Positions 20,065 through 29,995 of a stretch of 64,000 nucleotides of DNA are shown piece by piece (positions within the stretch are counted from its first letter, which is position 1; every line of letters begins with the position of its first letter). Source of the DNA: Terriglobia bacterium (GTDB lineage Bacteria > Acidobacteriota > Terriglobia > 2-12-FULL-54-10); NCBI GenBank assembly GCA_963666975.2, contig CAXVYR010000004.1, forward strand, positions 1,216,001-1,280,000. The letters run 5' to 3'. Both the position numbers and the translations under genes were made by a program. The notes under the pieces were generated by a model. It saw only the letters and a program-made list of their open reading frames with translations, had not been told where the DNA came from and ran no database searches.

Positions 20065-22610
20065 ATGGAAGATGAAATCCAATCCCCAAGACAGAGGCAG
20101 TCCGAGGACGATATTCAGAAGCGGCTTTCGGAACTCGAACAGATTTACCGAACAGCCCCAGTCGGCCTCTGTTTCATCGACACCGAATTCCGTTACATTC
20201 GCATTAATGAGCGACTGGCTGCTTTTAACGGTAAGCCGGCGTCGGCGCATATAGGTCGCACTGTCAGAGAGGTTATCCCGAAAATTGCACCGACTGTGGA
20301 ACCCTTGCTCCGGCGGGTGCTTGAAACGGGTGAGCCAGTGCTCAACTTAGAAATTTACGGCCCCAAAGCGTCTGAGCCCGAAATAGAACGAGTCTGGTTG
20401 ATTGAATACTACCCGCTCAAGTCGAAAAACGGCAGTGTGAAAGGCATCACCGCAGTGATCCTAGACATCACCGCTAGGAAGCGGGCCGAAGAGCAGCTCC
20501 AGAAGAGCGAGGCACACAACCGGGCCCTGCTCAACGCGACACCGGATACGATATTTCAGATCAACAAAGACGGCGTATTCCTCAGCTGGAAAGGAACAAA
20601 AGATGTCGGGCTATTTGTGACTCCGGAGCAATTCTTAGGAAAGCACATTTCGGAAGTCTTGCCGCCCGATGTGTCCGAATCGGCCCTGCGCTCCTTGAAT
20701 CGGGCGCTGCAAACGAACAAGACACAAACCCTTGAATACCGCCTTCCGGCAAACGGCCGGACGCAAGATTTCGAGGCCCGGTTTGCCGTTTCCGGAGAGA
20801 ACGAGGCGATCATCATCGTGCGCGACATCACCGAGCGCAAGCGGGCGGAAGCAGAAATCCAAAGATTCAGCCATGAACTCGAGCAGCGCGTCAATGAACG
20901 CACAGCACAGTTGCAGCAGAGCGAAGAGCGGTTCCGATCCCAATATGAAGGGATTCCACTTCCCACCTACTCCTGGCAGTTGACCGGTGACGATTTTGTT
21001 TTGATCGACTGCAACGATGCTGCACGCGAAATAACACATGGCGGTATCGTTAAGTTTCTAGGAAAAACTGCCAGAGAAATTTTCCCGGACAGGCCGGACA
21101 TTGTCGAGGAAATGTGGCGATCCTATAAGGAAAAGACACCCTTCAAGCGGGAATACGTTATGCCAATGCGCACCACAGGTAAGGTGAAGCGTTTCGCAGT
21201 TACCGGTACGTTTATTCCACCCGATTTGCTCATGGTTCATTCGGAAGACATCACGGAGCGGGCACTAATGCAAGAGGCTCTGCGGGAGAAAGAGGAGCAA
21301 CTCCGCCAGGCACAGAAGATGGAGGCCATCGGGCAGTTGGCGGGCGGGGTGGCGCACGACTTCAACAACCTGCTCACGGGCATCATTGGTTACAGCGACC
21401 TCCTGCGGGAGGAATTAGGGCGGTCCCATCCTCTCGACAAGATGGTGCAGGGAATCAGGGAATCGGGAGAGCAGGCCGCTTCTCTCACGAACCAGCTACT
21501 GGCCTTCAGCCGAAAGCAGGTGCTGCAACTCAAGGTAATCGACCTAAATGAAATTGTGACCGGGATGGAGGACATGCTGTATCGGATGATCGGTGAGGAC
21601 ATTGAACTTGTGACCAACCTCGACCCGGAACTGGGGCAAACCAAAGTCGATCCAGACCAGATCAAGCAAATAATTCTGAACTTGGCAACTAACGCTAGAG
21701 ACGCCATGCCCGAGGGGGGAAGTTTCACCCTTGCGACGGAGAACAAGGAAATAGAAGAGGGTGATGTGGAGAGACAGCTGGGTGCAACAGTTGACCATTA
21801 TGTGGTGCTTTCCGTGAGCGACACGGGCAGTGGAATGGACGAAGAAAAGCTGGCCCACGCCTTTGAACCCTTCTTCACCACAAAGGAGGTGGGTAAAGGA
21901 ACCGGACTCGGGCTGGCCAGTGTTTATGGAATTGTGAAGCAAAGCGGCGGCTATATCCAAGTTTCCAGCGATCCCGGAATTGGTACGAAATTTCAGATTT
22001 ACTTTCCGAGGGTCAGCCGGACCATCCCAGAGCACATTCCGCCTGCCGAGATACAGGAGCCCCCCCGCGGCACTGAAACCATTTTACTGGTGGAAGACGC
22101 AATCCAGGTGCGGCAAATGATCAGTTCCATCCTCAAAAAGAATGGATACACTGTCTTGGGAGCCAGCAACGGTGCTGAGCTCTTCAGATTGCTCTTCAGA
22201 TTGCGAAGAAAAGCAAACAACCGATTCGCCTGCTTCTGTCCGATATGGCATGGGTAACTACCGCGAGGTGATCCCGGAGATGGCCAACAGCGCTGGGGTG
22301 TCGAAGTCTGCCGAGCAAGGAGCGCGGCGGCTGGAAGAACTGTTGGCGCGGCGCTGGGAGGAGGTCGAGATTCTGGTGATTTACCTGGACGGAATGCGGT
22401 TCGGGCATGAGCGGACCAGAATTGGCCGAGCAGCTAACAGTACATCGCAAAGACATGGAAGTGCTTTTTATCTCAGGCTATGCGGCCCACCCCTTGGTCC
22501 AAAACCGCTTAACGGCGAAGAATAGGAATTTTCTGTCGAAACCTTTCAAACCAGAAACTCTATTGCGGAAAGTGCGGGAGTTGTTGGACGCACAGAAGGG
22601 CATGGGGTAG
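20065..22610 (+). pseudogene. Multi-PAS hybrid histidine kinase (CckA-like) with disrupted receiver domain
   Basis: Three PAS-like segments, HDFNNLL H-box, EPFFTTK..GKGTGLGL. Receiver split by a frameshift near 22180 and an insertion at 22253-22403; it resumes as MSGPELA...FISGY...SKPF. Confidence 0.85.
22253..22403 (+). mobile_element. Internal fragment of an IS256-family transposase
   Basis: Reads NYREVIPEMANSAGVSKS...LLARRWEEVEILVIYLDGMRFG; flanked by GGCATG direct repeats at 22247 and 22404. Confidence 0.65.
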
Positions 22611-22636
22611 CTAAGGGCTGCCCGAAGGACGAAGTA

Positions 22637-22702
22637 ATGCAAATCAATGTGCGCCTGAACTGGTTGGAAGAGCTGAAGCAGCGGGTGCCGACTGGACGAT
22701 AA
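22637..22702 (+). pseudogene. Orphan C-terminal tail resembling acidobacterial Ser/Thr kinase-beta-propeller proteins
   Basis: MQINVRLNWLEELKQRVPTGR* resembles the recurrent C-terminal motif INVVLNWFEELKR.VP; no gene body upstream. Confidence 0.5.
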
Positions 22703-22852
22703 TCAGAGCCGGAGCCTCCGAGAATTTCCCATCAGCAGCTTCCTGTAACCACCCCCCAGATGATTCACCCCCTGTTCAGATACGGCTTCCCAGCAGAATA
22801 GCCGTCAGCGGACAAATTTGCCACGATTACCCTTGAGCGACGCTGTAGTGTA

Positions 22853-22880
22853 GTTGGACATAAACGGTGTTGTGGGAAAT
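22853..22880 (-). other. dif-like XerC/XerD site
   Basis: Reverse complement ATTTCCCACAA-CACCGT-TTATGTCCAAC; one arm is 10/11 identical to the arm at 19831, the other begins with XerD-type TTATGT. Confidence 0.5.
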
Positions 22881-22957
22881 AACCCCTGACTAGTCGTTAG
22901 CGTTGCTCGGGAGCGCCTCGGTGCAGTGAGGTGGGGAAGGGGGCAGACGTTTTTCCG

Positions 22958-23031
22958 ACGGGGTGCCCAAACAGAGTTTTCACCTCTTCCTGAAGGAGTG
23001 CGAATGGCGCTTCAATGGCGGTAACCACCGG
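22958..23031 (+). mobile_element. 74-bp exact fragment of the IS1595 transposase 3' region
   Basis: Exact reverse complement of 39534-39607. Confidence 0.9.
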
Positions 23032-23199
23032 CGCTTTCGATAACGGGACAATAAGTCAATTGGGCTTCGGCGAGGGAAAGGCTGCTGCAAGCACTTGGTT
23101 GCAATGGAGTTCGTTCGCGTTTTGCGGCAGGTTGTTTGAGGATTTCTCGGGGCATTGTAGAGTCAAGCGGCAGGGTTAGAGGCCGGGTTAAAGACAGAG

Positions 23200-23628
23200 C
23201 TAGAGCATTTCTCCGCTTAGTGTAGATCATAGCCGCAGTGGGCGAACCAAGCGGAGGCGTTGTTGGGGGTGATCGTGGCGATGGCCTCGGAGATTGCCTG
23301 CTCGAGCACGTCCACGCTGCGGGCCTTCAGCCAACGGAGCTTCTGTTTCGCCTTCCCCCAGCATGGTTCTATCGGGTTGAAGTCGGGCGAGTACGGCGGC
23401 AAGTACCGCAGTTGGGCTCCGGTGGCCTCGATGAGTTCTCCGACTCCCTGAACTTTATGCGCCCCCAGGTTGTCCATGACCACGATCTGGCCCGGTTCCA
23501 GCCGGGGACACAGCACGTGTTTCAGGTAAGCCAGAAAGACCTCTCCGTCGGTGGGCGACTCCATGGTCAGGGTCGCCAACCATCCCTCGGTGCTCATCGC
23601 TCCCAGAAGCGTCAGCGTGCTCCAGCGG
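23200..23628 (-). mobile_element. Truncated IS630-family element (transposase C-terminal half plus terminal repeat)
   Basis: VVMDNLGAHK, YLPPYSPDFNPIE DDE motifs; end CTAGAGCATTTCTCCG at 23200; N-terminus missing. Confidence 0.88.
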
Positions 23629-24014
23629 AATGCTTCAATGCTGACATCAAGAGCAGCCTTGCTTTGGGTAGCACTCGATTCCATTGCAGCCCGGCTTTGA
23701 ACCGCACTCGATTCGATGGATTCGCTGGCTTGATGCTCCATCAGTTTATTTTACTGGTCCATGATCTTAGTCTGTCGGCTCATGAGTTCGCTCTGCTGAT
23801 GCAGGATGAAGAGACCAGCAGCGGCGAGAAAGGCTCCGATTATGGTCAAAGCAACTTGCCACCATTCATATCGAGTCAACGATTTCCTGCCATCGGAGTT
23901 TTGATTGGTATCGCTGGGATGTGCCTGTTGGTTTACGGGATTTACCTCGCTCTCGTCGGGCCGCTTCCCCTTGGGATCGCCCTTATCGTTGCCGGATTCA
24001 TTCTCTATTGGCAT
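23629..24014 (-). pseudogene. Single-TM hypothetical protein with a premature stop, truncated by the IS630 fragment
   Basis: MPIENES...WQVALTIIGAFLAAAGLFIL...IMDQ*NKLMEHQ...SIEAF in one frame; TAA at 23751-53, then fused to transposase sequence. Confidence 0.55.
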
Positions 24015-24138
24015 GGAGCTCACCGATTCCTTGATTGGAGCGAGCCACGGCGAAGGTGTTATCTCGCTGTGGGTTCGTAAATCCGGAATAGGCCCAGAGC
24101 CCGCCGTCCGGCGGGCCATTGGCTACATGCTCAGGGCG

Positions 24139-25062
24139 CTACCGGCGCCGATGACGACGGCCCTTGTGGGAATTGGAACGAAGATGAATGCTAAATCCTG
24201 CGCCAAATCTTGATCGCTGGGGGCGGTAAAATCCTCTTCGGTGGTGGCCGTAATATCGCGGCCCGGAATAAAAATGGAAACTGGTTCCGTAGGAGAAGCG
24301 CCGGTACGGGTACCCGTATGGGCTGTAGTAACGGTACTCGGGATAGTAGGCCGGAGCGGGCGGCGGGCCTGCGCGGCGCTGTAGTCTCGGCAGGTCGTAG
24401 TCTCCCTGCCTGACCGGCTGGAAGGCCGGGCCGGACTGCCCGGTGAATATCGTCAGCGGCGCCAGAGTGCGGAACGTCAGCACGGACTCGGGATACACCT
24501 CCGTAGGCTTTCCCCGCGTAACCAGCACCCCGATGATGGATGCAGCGGCTCCCGACAGGGCTCCAATTCCCGCGCCGCGTCCGCCATCGGCAACGGCGCC
24601 GATCGCCGCTCCCATGCCCGTTGCCGTTGCGATCACGGCGGCGTCCTCGCCGACCGATGCGCCTCCGGCGTACTCCATCAACTGCGTCACCACGGGCAAT
24701 TGCTGGCCATCCACCAGACTGATCTCTGTGAGTTCCAGGCCCAGGCGCGACGTCCCGCTCCTGCGCCCGGCTTTCTGCGCTACGGCCACACGGCCTCCGA
24801 CGGTCTGCCCGCGCCGCGCGACGACGAATCCGCCGACAACCAGCGGTTGCGCCAGCGACGCCAGGAAGGAATCTCCCGGCAGGTTGTGTTTGCTGGAAAG
24901 CTGCTGGTCCACCCGCACGGAGATCCATACACCGGCCGGCAGCAGGAGCTGCGAGGGCGGCTGGGCGGCCCCGTAAGGTTGCTGGGCATGTCCGGGCATT
25001 GCCACGGTCAGGCAAAAAGCGAACGTCGCTGCGGCTAACCATATTTGTTGTGAGAGCCTCAT
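24139..25062 (-). CDS. Secreted hypothetical protein with glycine-zipper-like segment and Tyr/Arg-rich tail
   Basis: Signal peptide after AGGAG SD, LPAGVWISVRVDQQLSS, GAAIGAVADGGRGAGIGA. Confidence 0.75.
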   Translation of the reverse strand: MRLSQQIWLAAATFAFCLTVAMPGHAQQPYGAAQPPSQLLLPAGVWISVRVDQQLSSKHNLPGDSFLASLAQPLVVGGFVVARRGQTVGGRVAVAQKAGRRSGTSRLGLELTEISLVDGQQLPVVTQLMEYAGGASVGEDAAVIATATGMGAAIGAVADGGRGAGIGALSGAAASIIGVLVTRGKPTEVYPESVLTFRTLAPLTIFTGQSGPAFQPVRQGDYDLPRLQRRAGPPPAPAYYPEYRYYSPYGYPYRRFSYGTSFHFYSGPRYYGHHRRGFYRPQRSRFGAGFSIHLRSNSHKGRRHRRR

Positions 25063-25253
25063 AACTAAACTCCTTTCGTGGCGCGAGTCGATTCTACTCC
25101 CTAAGTTATTAAACACAGCTTGTGGCAAGGAAGTTGCGGGAATCCAGTAAGGTTTATTCTGGACGCTGATTCGTGTCCGCGATGCATTGCTTTCCGTGAG
25201 TATGAAGAGTGATCAGGCAGGAATTCCGATTGGAAGAAAGCTTAAAGATGGAA

Positions 25254-25287
25254 AAGCGCCGGACATCTCAAGAAATGCCTGGCGCTT
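25254..25287 (-). terminator. Putative intrinsic terminator downstream of the dienelactone hydrolase
   Basis: AAGCGCC...GGCGCTT hairpin followed by a short T-run on the minus strand. Confidence 0.4.
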
Positions 25288-25324
25288 GATTTCTGCAACT
25301 ACCCTTACCTGATTTTTTGTTTTT

Positions 25325-26209
25325 TCAACCGAGGTTCTTTTTGAAAAATTCCAGTGTCCGGGTCCAGGCGTCCGCGGCAGCCGTTTCGTCGTAACGGGCG
25401 CCGGTATCGTTGAAGAAGGCATGGCCCGCGCCGGGATAAATTTTGAAATCGTAGCTCTTGCCCAGCCGCCGCATGGCCGCCTCCGTTTCGGGAACCCGCG
25501 AGGTGATCCGCTGATCGGTTTCGCCGTAGTTGGCCAGCACGGGAGCCTGAATGTCCGCCATAGCGGCTTCCTCCGGTGTGGTGCCGTAAAAAACCACCGC
25601 AGCCTTCAGATTCGGATTCGCCGTGGCGTACAGGAAGGAACGCTCTCCGCCCCAGCAGAAGCCGATCACGCCCGTCTGGCCCTGCCGAACCATGGCATGG
25701 GACTGCAAGTAGTTGTAAGCGGAATTCAGGTCTTGCACTACGGCTTCGTTGGAGACGTTTCGGAAGGCAGCCCGGGCCGCGTCCGGGTCCGCCATGGAGC
25801 CTGTCCCGCCTTGCCGGGACAACAGGTCAACGGCCAGCGCCGCATATCCTTGCGAGGCCAAGCGGCGGGCCACCTCGCGGATGTGATCGTTCAATCCCCG
25901 GTTCTCGTGGATCACGATCACAGCCGGATAAGGTCCTGTCCCTTTGGGCCGGCTCAGATAGCCCTCCAGCGTCACCCCCTCGCCGGGATACTTCACCGCC
26001 GTGGATGCGATGCTGGCCGCCTCGGACTCGACCTGCGAGAGAACCGACATCGCCCAGCCACTGGTCTCCAGCAGATGGTGAGCCAGTGGATAGGCGCCGA
26101 CCACGGCAATCAGCCGCTCAAAAAAAACTCGCCGGTTGATCTTCCGTTCCTGATAGCTTTTAACAATCTGCTCGATCCGTGGGTCCATCTGTTCGATCCG
26201 CGGGTCCAT
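25325..26209 (-). CDS. Dienelactone hydrolase family protein (YghX-like)
   Basis: VIHENRGLN, GFCWGG nucleophile, YPGAGHAFFND; N-terminal MDPRIEQ duplicated. Confidence 0.9.
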   Translation of the reverse strand: MDPRIEQMDPRIEQIVKSYQERKINRRVFFERLIAVVGAYPLAHHLLETSGWAMSVLSQVESEAASIASTAVKYPGEGVTLEGYLSRPKGTGPYPAVIVIHENRGLNDHIREVARRLASQGYAALAVDLLSRQGGTGSMADPDAARAAFRNVSNEAVVQDLNSAYNYLQSHAMVRQGQTGVIGFCWGGERSFLYATANPNLKAAVVFYGTTPEEAAMADIQAPVLANYGETDQRITSRVPETEAAMRRLGKSYDFKIYPGAGHAFFNDTGARYDETAAADAWTRTLEFFKKNLG

Positions 26210-26315
26210 CGCCGCGTTCCTTAGTTTGGAAACACCCAATAATTAAGCAGGTGAAACCGGCGGGCTTCCGCAACAGGGGGCAGGCTTTCCGGCCCCGCTG
26301 CCGGCGTTGGGAACC

Positions 26316-26864
26316 TTACCGCTGTCGCTGCCGGGGAGCCGACCGGGGAGGCACTAGGCCGTTCAGCCGCATGTAAACCACCAAATTCCCGTAGTGCCCG
26401 TGGTTGTCCTTAAAGTTCCCCATGATGGCAGCCAGGCGGGGAACTTGCCGCCCGCGCATATAGGGGACAATATCCAACAGTTTCTGGTCGTTCAGGTCCG
26501 CCAAAACTTTTTCGCCGTAGTCATAGCTTTCCGTAAGCGCCTGGAGTATCTCCGCGCGGCTCCGGAGATCGTTCAAGCTGTTGCGGTCCACCGGGCTGCC
26601 GGTTCCGGCCGCAAACCCCATAAACATATAATTTTCGCTGGCCAGGTGAATCAGTTGTTCACGGAATGAGCGCACCTCAGGCGTAGGCTTAAAATCATAT
26701 TTGGCCTCCGGCACCGCATCAGCCATCGTGTATATCTGATTTCCCGTAGCTTCCCACTGCTTCCGAAGCTCCTCGATGATCGGGTTTTGAGCGACGGCTG
26801 TCTGCATCCCTGCCACCAGAACGGCGGCTAAAAAAAGAATCTGCTTCCTTCTCTGACGATTCAT
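26316..26864 (-). CDS. Exported DinB-family protein
   Basis: Signal peptide, YDFKPTPEVRSF, HYGNLVVYMRLNGLVPP. Confidence 0.85.
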   Translation of the reverse strand: MNRQRRKQILFLAAVLVAGMQTAVAQNPIIEELRKQWEATGNQIYTMADAVPEAKYDFKPTPEVRSFREQLIHLASENYMFMGFAAGTGSPVDRNSLNDLRSRAEILQALTESYDYGEKVLADLNDQKLLDIVPYMRGRQVPRLAAIMGNFKDNHGHYGNLVVYMRLNGLVPPRSAPRQRQR

Positions 26865-26973
26865 CTTCTCCCCCCCTGCAATGAATTCTAACGGTTGATG
26901 GGCCGCAATCAGCGGCCTTTGTGAATAACGCCGGTACAGTCTTGCCAGCCCCGCTGGAAGGCTGGGCTTCTTC

Positions 26974-27531
26974 CTACTGCGGCGGCCGGGGCTGGCTTGA
27001 GGGCGGCACCATGCCGTTCAAACGCAAGTAGGTCACCATATTCCCGTAGTGCTCTTTGCTGTGGCCGATGGCCTGCACCACAATCACCCACCGCGGCGTG
27101 GGCCTGTTGCGCTGAATGACGGTTCCCATCGCCTCCTGGTCCGTCATGCCGGCCAGCACTTTGGTTCCGTAATCAAAGTACTCCGTGACCGCCTGCAGCA
27201 CATCCTCCCGGGCCGTGAGATGCTCGAATCGTGTATGCTCTCCGGGTTGGGGCACTCCGCCCACGATCTCCATCCAGCTCAGGTTTTCACCGGCTACGTG
27301 AACGATAATCTCACGGAAGGTGCGCACCTCGGGCGTCGGCCTGTAATTATACTTATCCTGCGGCACGGCCTCCGCGACCGCCACCAATTGCCTCCGGGAA
27401 GACTCCCATTGGGCTTTCAGTTCCTCCACGAACCCCTCGGCAGCGCTCGCCGGGACCGCCGCCAATCCTGCTGCCGCCAAAAAGAGAAAAACCTTTCTCA
27501 TTCCATGCTTCATGATTCGCCTCCCTGGCAA
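26974..27531 (-). CDS. Exported DinB-family protein (tandem paralogue)
   Basis: YNYRPTPEVRTF, HSKEHYGNMVTYLRLNGMVPP; start uncertain. Confidence 0.85.
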   Translation of the reverse strand: MPGRRIMKHGMRKVFLFLAAAGLAAVPASAAEGFVEELKAQWESSRRQLVAVAEAVPQDKYNYRPTPEVRTFREIIVHVAGENLSWMEIVGGVPQPGEHTRFEHLTAREDVLQAVTEYFDYGTKVLAGMTDQEAMGTVIQRNRPTPRWVIVVQAIGHSKEHYGNMVTYLRLNGMVPPSSQPRPPQ

Positions 27532-27713
27532 AGAAAAAAACGGCCCCCTCAGGGCCTCATCCTATCAGAAGGAATCCCGCCTGCCTCAACAAGAAGACCT
27601 TATCGCATCCCTCCAACCGACGGCACCATTATAACTCAGGGCTTCGGCGGAACCCGATATTCGTGATATCCGGATTTTGAAATAATCCCAGCCGCCCGGA
27701 AGCGATTCTCCGG

Positions 27714-28073
27714 CTACAGGTTCTTCATGCGGTTTCGGATCTTCTTGGCGAGTTTTTCAATCTGCTCGGCTTTCTGGATGACGGAAACCGACAGGACATC
27801 TTCATTCGCTTTGCTCATTTCTTCCTTGAGCGCGGCTGACAACTCAAAGAGCTGTTCGACTTCTTTCACGACCTGCTCATAGCTGGCCTTGAGTCTTCGC
27901 CGATTAAGTTGCTGCTCGAGCGTCGGCAGGTTTGAGATATCCGGGAGCGGGGGGAATGGCCGGCGGCCGGATCGTCTGAACTGGGCCTCGCCCGCCTGCG
28001 TCGCCCCTGTCAGGAGCGCAACGCAAAGAATAACTGTCCGGAAAGCCGTCCAGCATAAATTATTTTTTCTCGT
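27714..28073 (-). CDS. Exported helical hypothetical protein (119 aa) with apparent ACG start; absent from the ORF track
   Basis: (M)RKNNLCWTAFRTVILCVALLTGATQAGEAQ...VLSVSVIQKAEQIEKLAKKIRNRMKNL*; AGGGGG 6 nt upstream of ACG; in-frame TAG two codons upstream. Confidence 0.65.
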   Translation of the reverse strand, partial: TRKNNLCWTAFRTVILCVALLTGATQAGEAQFRRSGRRPFPPLPDISNLPTLEQQLNRRRLKASYEQVVKEVEQLFELSAALKEEMSKANEDVLSVSVIQKAEQIEKLAKKIRNRMKNL

Positions 28074-28433
28074 CCTCTACCCCCTGGGAATTCTTGCATC
28101 GCCCCAGCTTCCATTGCCCCATGTGAGCGAGGCACTGCGAACTCAGCCCCGCTCGGAGCGGCCGTGGAATTGGGAAAGCGAATTGAATATCCTCTTTTTT
28201 GCAGACGGAAAATCTGAGCCGGGCATGGCTGCAAGAAAAGCAGCGTTGTGAAGGGAGAGTTTGCTCCTTTTCCCATTCCTGGCTGCTCCGAAATAGAGGA
28301 AGCCACACAGCCAGGCTGGCTTTACGGGGCTGCTGCGCCCACTCAGCCTGAGCGTGGATGGATTCGCTCCGAAAGCGGAACGGGAAGCCCTGGCACCGCG
28401 AAGAGAGCAGGCCACGCCCTTCGCCGGGAAACT

Positions 28434-29177
28434 TTATTCCCGGAAATGGAACTGCAGCGTGATTCCCTTGATTACGATCTCATCGCCTTCCCGCAATTCG
28501 CGGACTGCGGTGAGCGGCTCCGAGTTAACCTTGGTGGCGCCGATTTTTTCTGACGGAGCAATGGTGTACTGGCCTTCCTTGCGATTGATGACGGCGGCGA
28601 CATTGGGAGCAAACCAGCCTTTCAGCTTCACCGAAGCCATCGCGTCTTTGCCGATCACACTCAGTTTACTGGTGAGGATGTATTCGCGCTGGTCGGTCTT
28701 GCCGCGGAGCACCGTGAGGCAGCCGATTTTTTCCTGGGTTTCAGTCGCGCCCCCCTCGGAAGCGATGGCGGTGGCCTTGGCCAGAAACTCCCGCCGGCTC
28801 TTGGTATCGAGCACGAATGTCTCTTCCATTTTCGACAACGGCTGCGTAGCTTCGGCGGTTTCTCCTTCCGGCGGCGGCGGCGGTTGCCCGCCCTCATCCT
28901 GAAAGATCAAGGTGTGTTTCCCGATCACAATCTGGTCGCCGTTCTTCAGCGGGCTGCGGCGGATTCGCTGGCTATTTAGGAAAGTGCCGTTCAGGCTGCT
29001 CATGTCTTCTACCGCATAATACCCCTGCTCCAATACGACCCTGGCATGGCGCCCGGACACGGCGAGGTTGTCGATGACTATGTCGTTGCCGGGGGTGCGA
29101 CCGATGCTGATAGCAGCCTTCTGGAGAGAAATTTCTTTCAGAACTGAGGCCTCATACTTTAGGATCAATTTGGCCAT
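28434..29177 (-). CDS. FHA-domain protein (N-terminal FHA plus degenerate second FHA)
   Basis: IGRTPGND, VSGRHA, SSLNGTFLN; start overlaps the PP2C gene end. Confidence 0.9.
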   Translation of the reverse strand: MAKLILKYEASVLKEISLQKAAISIGRTPGNDIVIDNLAVSGRHARVVLEQGYYAVEDMSSLNGTFLNSQRIRRSPLKNGDQIVIGKHTLIFQDEGGQPPPPPEGETAEATQPLSKMEETFVLDTKSRREFLAKATAIASEGGATETQEKIGCLTVLRGKTDQREYILTSKLSVIGKDAMASVKLKGWFAPNVAAVINRKEGQYTIAPSEKIGATKVNSEPLTAVRELREGDEIVIKGITLQFHFRE

Positions 29178-29995
29178 GCCCGATTTCCTCCGAACAGAGA
29201 TCTTAGCAATCTCCTCCACCCCCTTCGGGGGGGAGGCACATTCAGGCGGATAACGATTACGGTCACATTATCCTCCCCTCCGTTGTCGTTGGCAATCTCT
29301 ACCAGACGGTCGGAGGCCCGTTGTGCTGTTTCAGTGTCGGCCAGGATTTGCGCGATAGACGGATCGGAAACCATGCGGGTCAGGCCGTCGGAGCAGAGCA
29401 AAATCTGGTCTCCTTCCTTCATCCACAGTTCATCCATATCCACATTGACGTCAGGCTCTGCGCCCAGCGCCCGGATAATGACGTTCGCCAGCTCCGATTG
29501 CTCCGCTTCCTCCAGGCTGATCAAGCCCTTGCGAACCTGCTCCATGACCAGGGAGTGGTCCTGCGTCAGCTGCTGGAGCTCCCCGCTGCGCAACAGATAA
29601 ATCCGGCTGTCGCCCACATGGGAGATACTGAGAATATTGCCCGAAAGCTGCGCCGCCACCACGGTGGACCCCATGCCGCTGGTGGCGAGTTGCCGCCCGG
29701 CGGCATCATAAATTTCCCGGTTGGAAAGCCGAATGCCGCTGGCCAGCCGGTTTGTCTGCTGGGAAAATTCCGGTCTGTACTCGCCCACCATTTCCAGGGC
29801 GGGATTGCTTGCCGCCTCCCTCATGTGTCGCACTATGAGGTCTGCTCCCATCTGACTGGCCACTTCTCCGGCGGCTTGGCCGCCCATTCCGTCGCAAAGA
29901 ACAAACAACTGCAGGGACTCGTCCACCGCAAAGGCGTCTTCATTGTTTTCCCGGACCATTCCCCGGTCCGTTTTCGCTCCCACTGCAACCCGCAA
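29165..29995 (-). CDS. PP2C-family Ser/Thr phosphatase (Stp1/PrpC type)
   Basis: RENNED, CDGMGG, HVGDSR, LLCSDGL, GGEDN. Confidence 0.93.
   Translation of the reverse strand: MRVAVGAKTDRGMVRENNEDAFAVDESLQLFVLCDGMGGQAAGEVASQMGADLIVRHMREAASNPALEMVGEYRPEFSQQTNRLASGIRLSNREIYDAAGRQLATSGMGSTVVAAQLSGNILSISHVGDSRIYLLRSGELQQLTQDHSLVMEQVRKGLISLEEAEQSELANVIIRALGAEPDVNVDMDELWMKEGDQILLCSDGLTRMVSDPSIAQILADTETAQRASDRLVEIANDNGGEDNVTVIVIRLNVPPPRRGWRRLLRSLFGGNRAWPN

Noticed and set aside
22724-22751. Additional dif-like site ATTTCCCATCA-GCAGCT-TCCTGTAACCA
   Set aside because: Second arm too degenerate to separate from chance.
23751-23753. In-frame stop as another recoding event
   Set aside because: It is TAA in a truncated gene, not at a catalytic Cys, and no SECIS-like hairpin follows; a CAA-to-TAA nonsense change is simpler.
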